Shown in pieces: positions 62,355-64,000 of a DNA stretch of 64,000 bases. Position 1 is the stretch's first letter; every line of letters starts with the position of its first letter. The notes below the pieces were generated by a model. That model searched no databases. It had not been told where the DNA came from and worked only from the letters and a program-made list of their open reading frames with translations. Origin of the DNA: Spirochaetia bacterium (GTDB lineage: Bacteria > Spirochaetota > Spirochaetia > UBA9216); contig OY776510.1 in NCBI GenBank assembly GCA_963675665.1, positions 3,392,001-3,456,000 of the forward strand, given 5' to 3'. Made by a program: the position numbers and the translations under genes.

Positions 62355-63793
62355 TGAATATAAAAGAATCACTCAGTTACGACGACGTTCTGCTAGTTCC
62401 GGGATATTCTGATGTTCTGCCGCATACCGCCGATGTCCGAACCAGGCTTGTAAAAGACATTTACCTGAATTCTCCGATTATTTCAGCGGCAATGGATACC
62501 GTAACGGAGGAAGAGCTTGCAATAGCGCTGGCGCTTGAAGGAGGAGCCGGAGTTATTCACAGGAATTTAAGCCCGAAAGAGCAGGCCTCTCAGGTGGCCT
62601 CTGTAAAGCGTTTTCTTAACTGGATAATAGAGAAACCCGTCACAGTGCTTGAAGACACGCTGATAGGCGATGTGAGACGGCTGAGAGAAGAATACGGGGT
62701 GTCAGGCTTTCCCGTAACAAATACCGAAGGAATTCTGACGGGTATAATTACCGGAAGAGACCTCAGATTTCTGGAAGACGACAACCTTCATGTAAAAGAT
62801 GTAATGACTCCGAATCCGGTTATTGCAGAAGGGGTGCCGACCCCGGAAAGCGCCAGAATAAAATTTAATAAACACAAGATAGAAAAACTGCCAGTAATAG
62901 ACAAAGACGGAAAAATAACAGGATTAATTACCGTAAAGGATATGGAAAAGCATGGAGATCACCCTGAGGCGGCAACTGATTCATCAGGAAGACTTATAGT
63001 GGGCGCAGCAATTTCCCCGCAGGATTATGACCGAAGGCTTCCGCTTCTTGTGGAGAGCAAGGTTGATTTTGTAGTGCTTGATACCGCCCATGGCGACGCA
63101 AAAAGCGTCAGCGACGCGATAAGCGATATTAAACGCAAATACAGTGTCCCGGTTGTGGGCGGAAATGCAGCTACCGCAGAGGCTACAAGACGTCTTATAG
63201 ATGCAGGCTCCGATGCGGTTAAAGTAGGCGTCGGTCCGGGGTCAATCTGTACTACAAGAATTGTAGCCGGAATCGGAGTCCCTCAGTTTTCAGCCGTTTC
63301 ATGGTGCGCGGAAGAAGCAGAAAAAGACAATATCCCGGTGATTGCCGACGGCGGCATAAAGTTTTCGGGTGATATTCCGAAAGCAATAGCTGCAGGGGCA
63401 TCGTCTATAATGGTCGGCAATCTTTTTGCAGGGTTAAAGGAAGCTCCCGGCAGCGAAATAATATTTGAAGGCAGAATCTTCAAACAGTACAGGGGAATGG
63501 GCTCGATCGGGGCAATCAAGGAAGGCAGCGGAGATCGCTACCAGATGAAGAAAGGTGATACTCCGGTACCGGAAGGAATCGAGGGGCGTGTGCCGTATAA
63601 GGGCGAGCTCAGGGCTTTTCATCATCAGCTGATAACCGGTCTGAAAAAAGGGATGACCTATTGCGGTTGTTCGAACATAGAAGAATTGCGTAAATATCAG
63701 AATTTTGTTAAGATTTCGCCGGCCGGTTTAAGAGAGAGTCATGCTCACGATATCATGATTACTCAGGAAGCGCCAAACTACTCGAAAAACTAA
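62354..63793 (+). CDS. guaB: IMP dehydrogenase (with CBS pair)
   Basis: [23 protein letters not shown], catalytic [32 protein letters not shown]. Confidence 0.97.
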   Translation: MNIKESLSYDDVLLVPGYSDVLPHTADVRTRLVKDIYLNSPIISAAMDTVTEEELAIALALEGGAGVIHRNLSPKEQASQVASVKRFLNWIIEKPVTVLEDTLIGDVRRLREEYGVSGFPVTNTEGILTGIITGRDLRFLEDDNLHVKDVMTPNPVIAEGVPTPESARIKFNKHKIEKLPVIDKDGKITGLITVKDMEKHGDHPEAATDSSGRLIVGAAISPQDYDRRLPLLVESKVDFVVLDTAHGDAKSVSDAISDIKRKYSVPVVGGNAATAEATRRLIDAGSDAVKVGVGPGSICTTRIVAGIGVPQFSAVSWCAEEAEKDNIPVIADGGIKFSGDIPKAIAAGASSIMVGNLFAGLKEAPGSEIIFEGRIFKQYRGMGSIGAIKEGSGDRYQMKKGDTPVPEGIEGRVPYKGELRAFHHQLITGLKKGMTYCGCSNIEELRKYQNFVKISPAGLRESHAHDIMITQEAPNYSKN

Positions 63794-63803
63794 GAGGTAT
63801 TTT

Positions 63804-64000
63804 ATGAATCTTGTTGTTGTCGGAGCTCAATGGGGAGACGAAGGCAAAGGAAAAATTGTTGATTATCTTGCTGAAGAATCTGATCTTATCGTAAGATTTT
63901 CGGGCGGCGCGAATGCCGGCCATACAATCGTTGCCGGAGATGTTACTTACAAGCTTCATCTCGTTCCGTCAGGTATTATTTACGACGACAAAAAGGTTGT
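63804..64000 (+). CDS. purA: Adenylosuccinate synthetase (3'-truncated by window edge)
   Basis: [22 protein letters not shown]...[13 protein letters not shown]...LHLVPSG; GAGG RBS. Confidence 0.95.
   Translation, partial: MNLVVVGAQWGDEGKGKIVDYLAEESDLIVRFSGGANAGHTIVAGDVTYKLHLVPSGIIYDDKKV

Overview
Gene-dense, AT-rich bacterial chromosome segment with no mobile element, CRISPR array, rRNA or tRNA visible. Gene content (cfpA, pallilysin-related and vWA proteins, TP0733-like porin, E-C-A-B-D-I-K V-type ATPase) points to a Spirochaetia member. Left to right: rsgA-mutS2; V/A-type ATP synthase operon (probably Na+-coupled); ispG-TPR-uvrA-lptD-like; phoH-7TM/HD-ybeY-corC-like-TPR; gap-pgk-tpiA-secG-PPIase-nusB-TPR-map-htrA-PRTase; a 1675-aa Ig-repeat/beta-helix exported protein; a lipoprotein/OMP pair; split purH-LCP-miaB-lapA-like-SPOR; vWA-DHH-pallilysin-related operon divergent from cfpA; two hypotheticals; purB-guaB-purA. 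Three signals stand out. (1) Downstream of cfpA, a 'hypothetical' protein ends in an HPr-like domain (His15 and Ser46 equivalents kept). It is followed by a PPDK-like protein that has lost its ATP-grasp catalytic residues but keeps the phospho-His and PEP domains, a candidate PPDK-derived Enzyme I/HPr-like phosphorelay. (2) CfpA has a basic tail ending in an AT-hook-like RRGRPRK. (3) A Moco/Wco-class riboswitch-like RNA with promoter and terminator sits upstream of purB-guaB-purA, with no molybdenum/tungsten gene nearby. All assignments come from motif recognition by eye; no searches were run.
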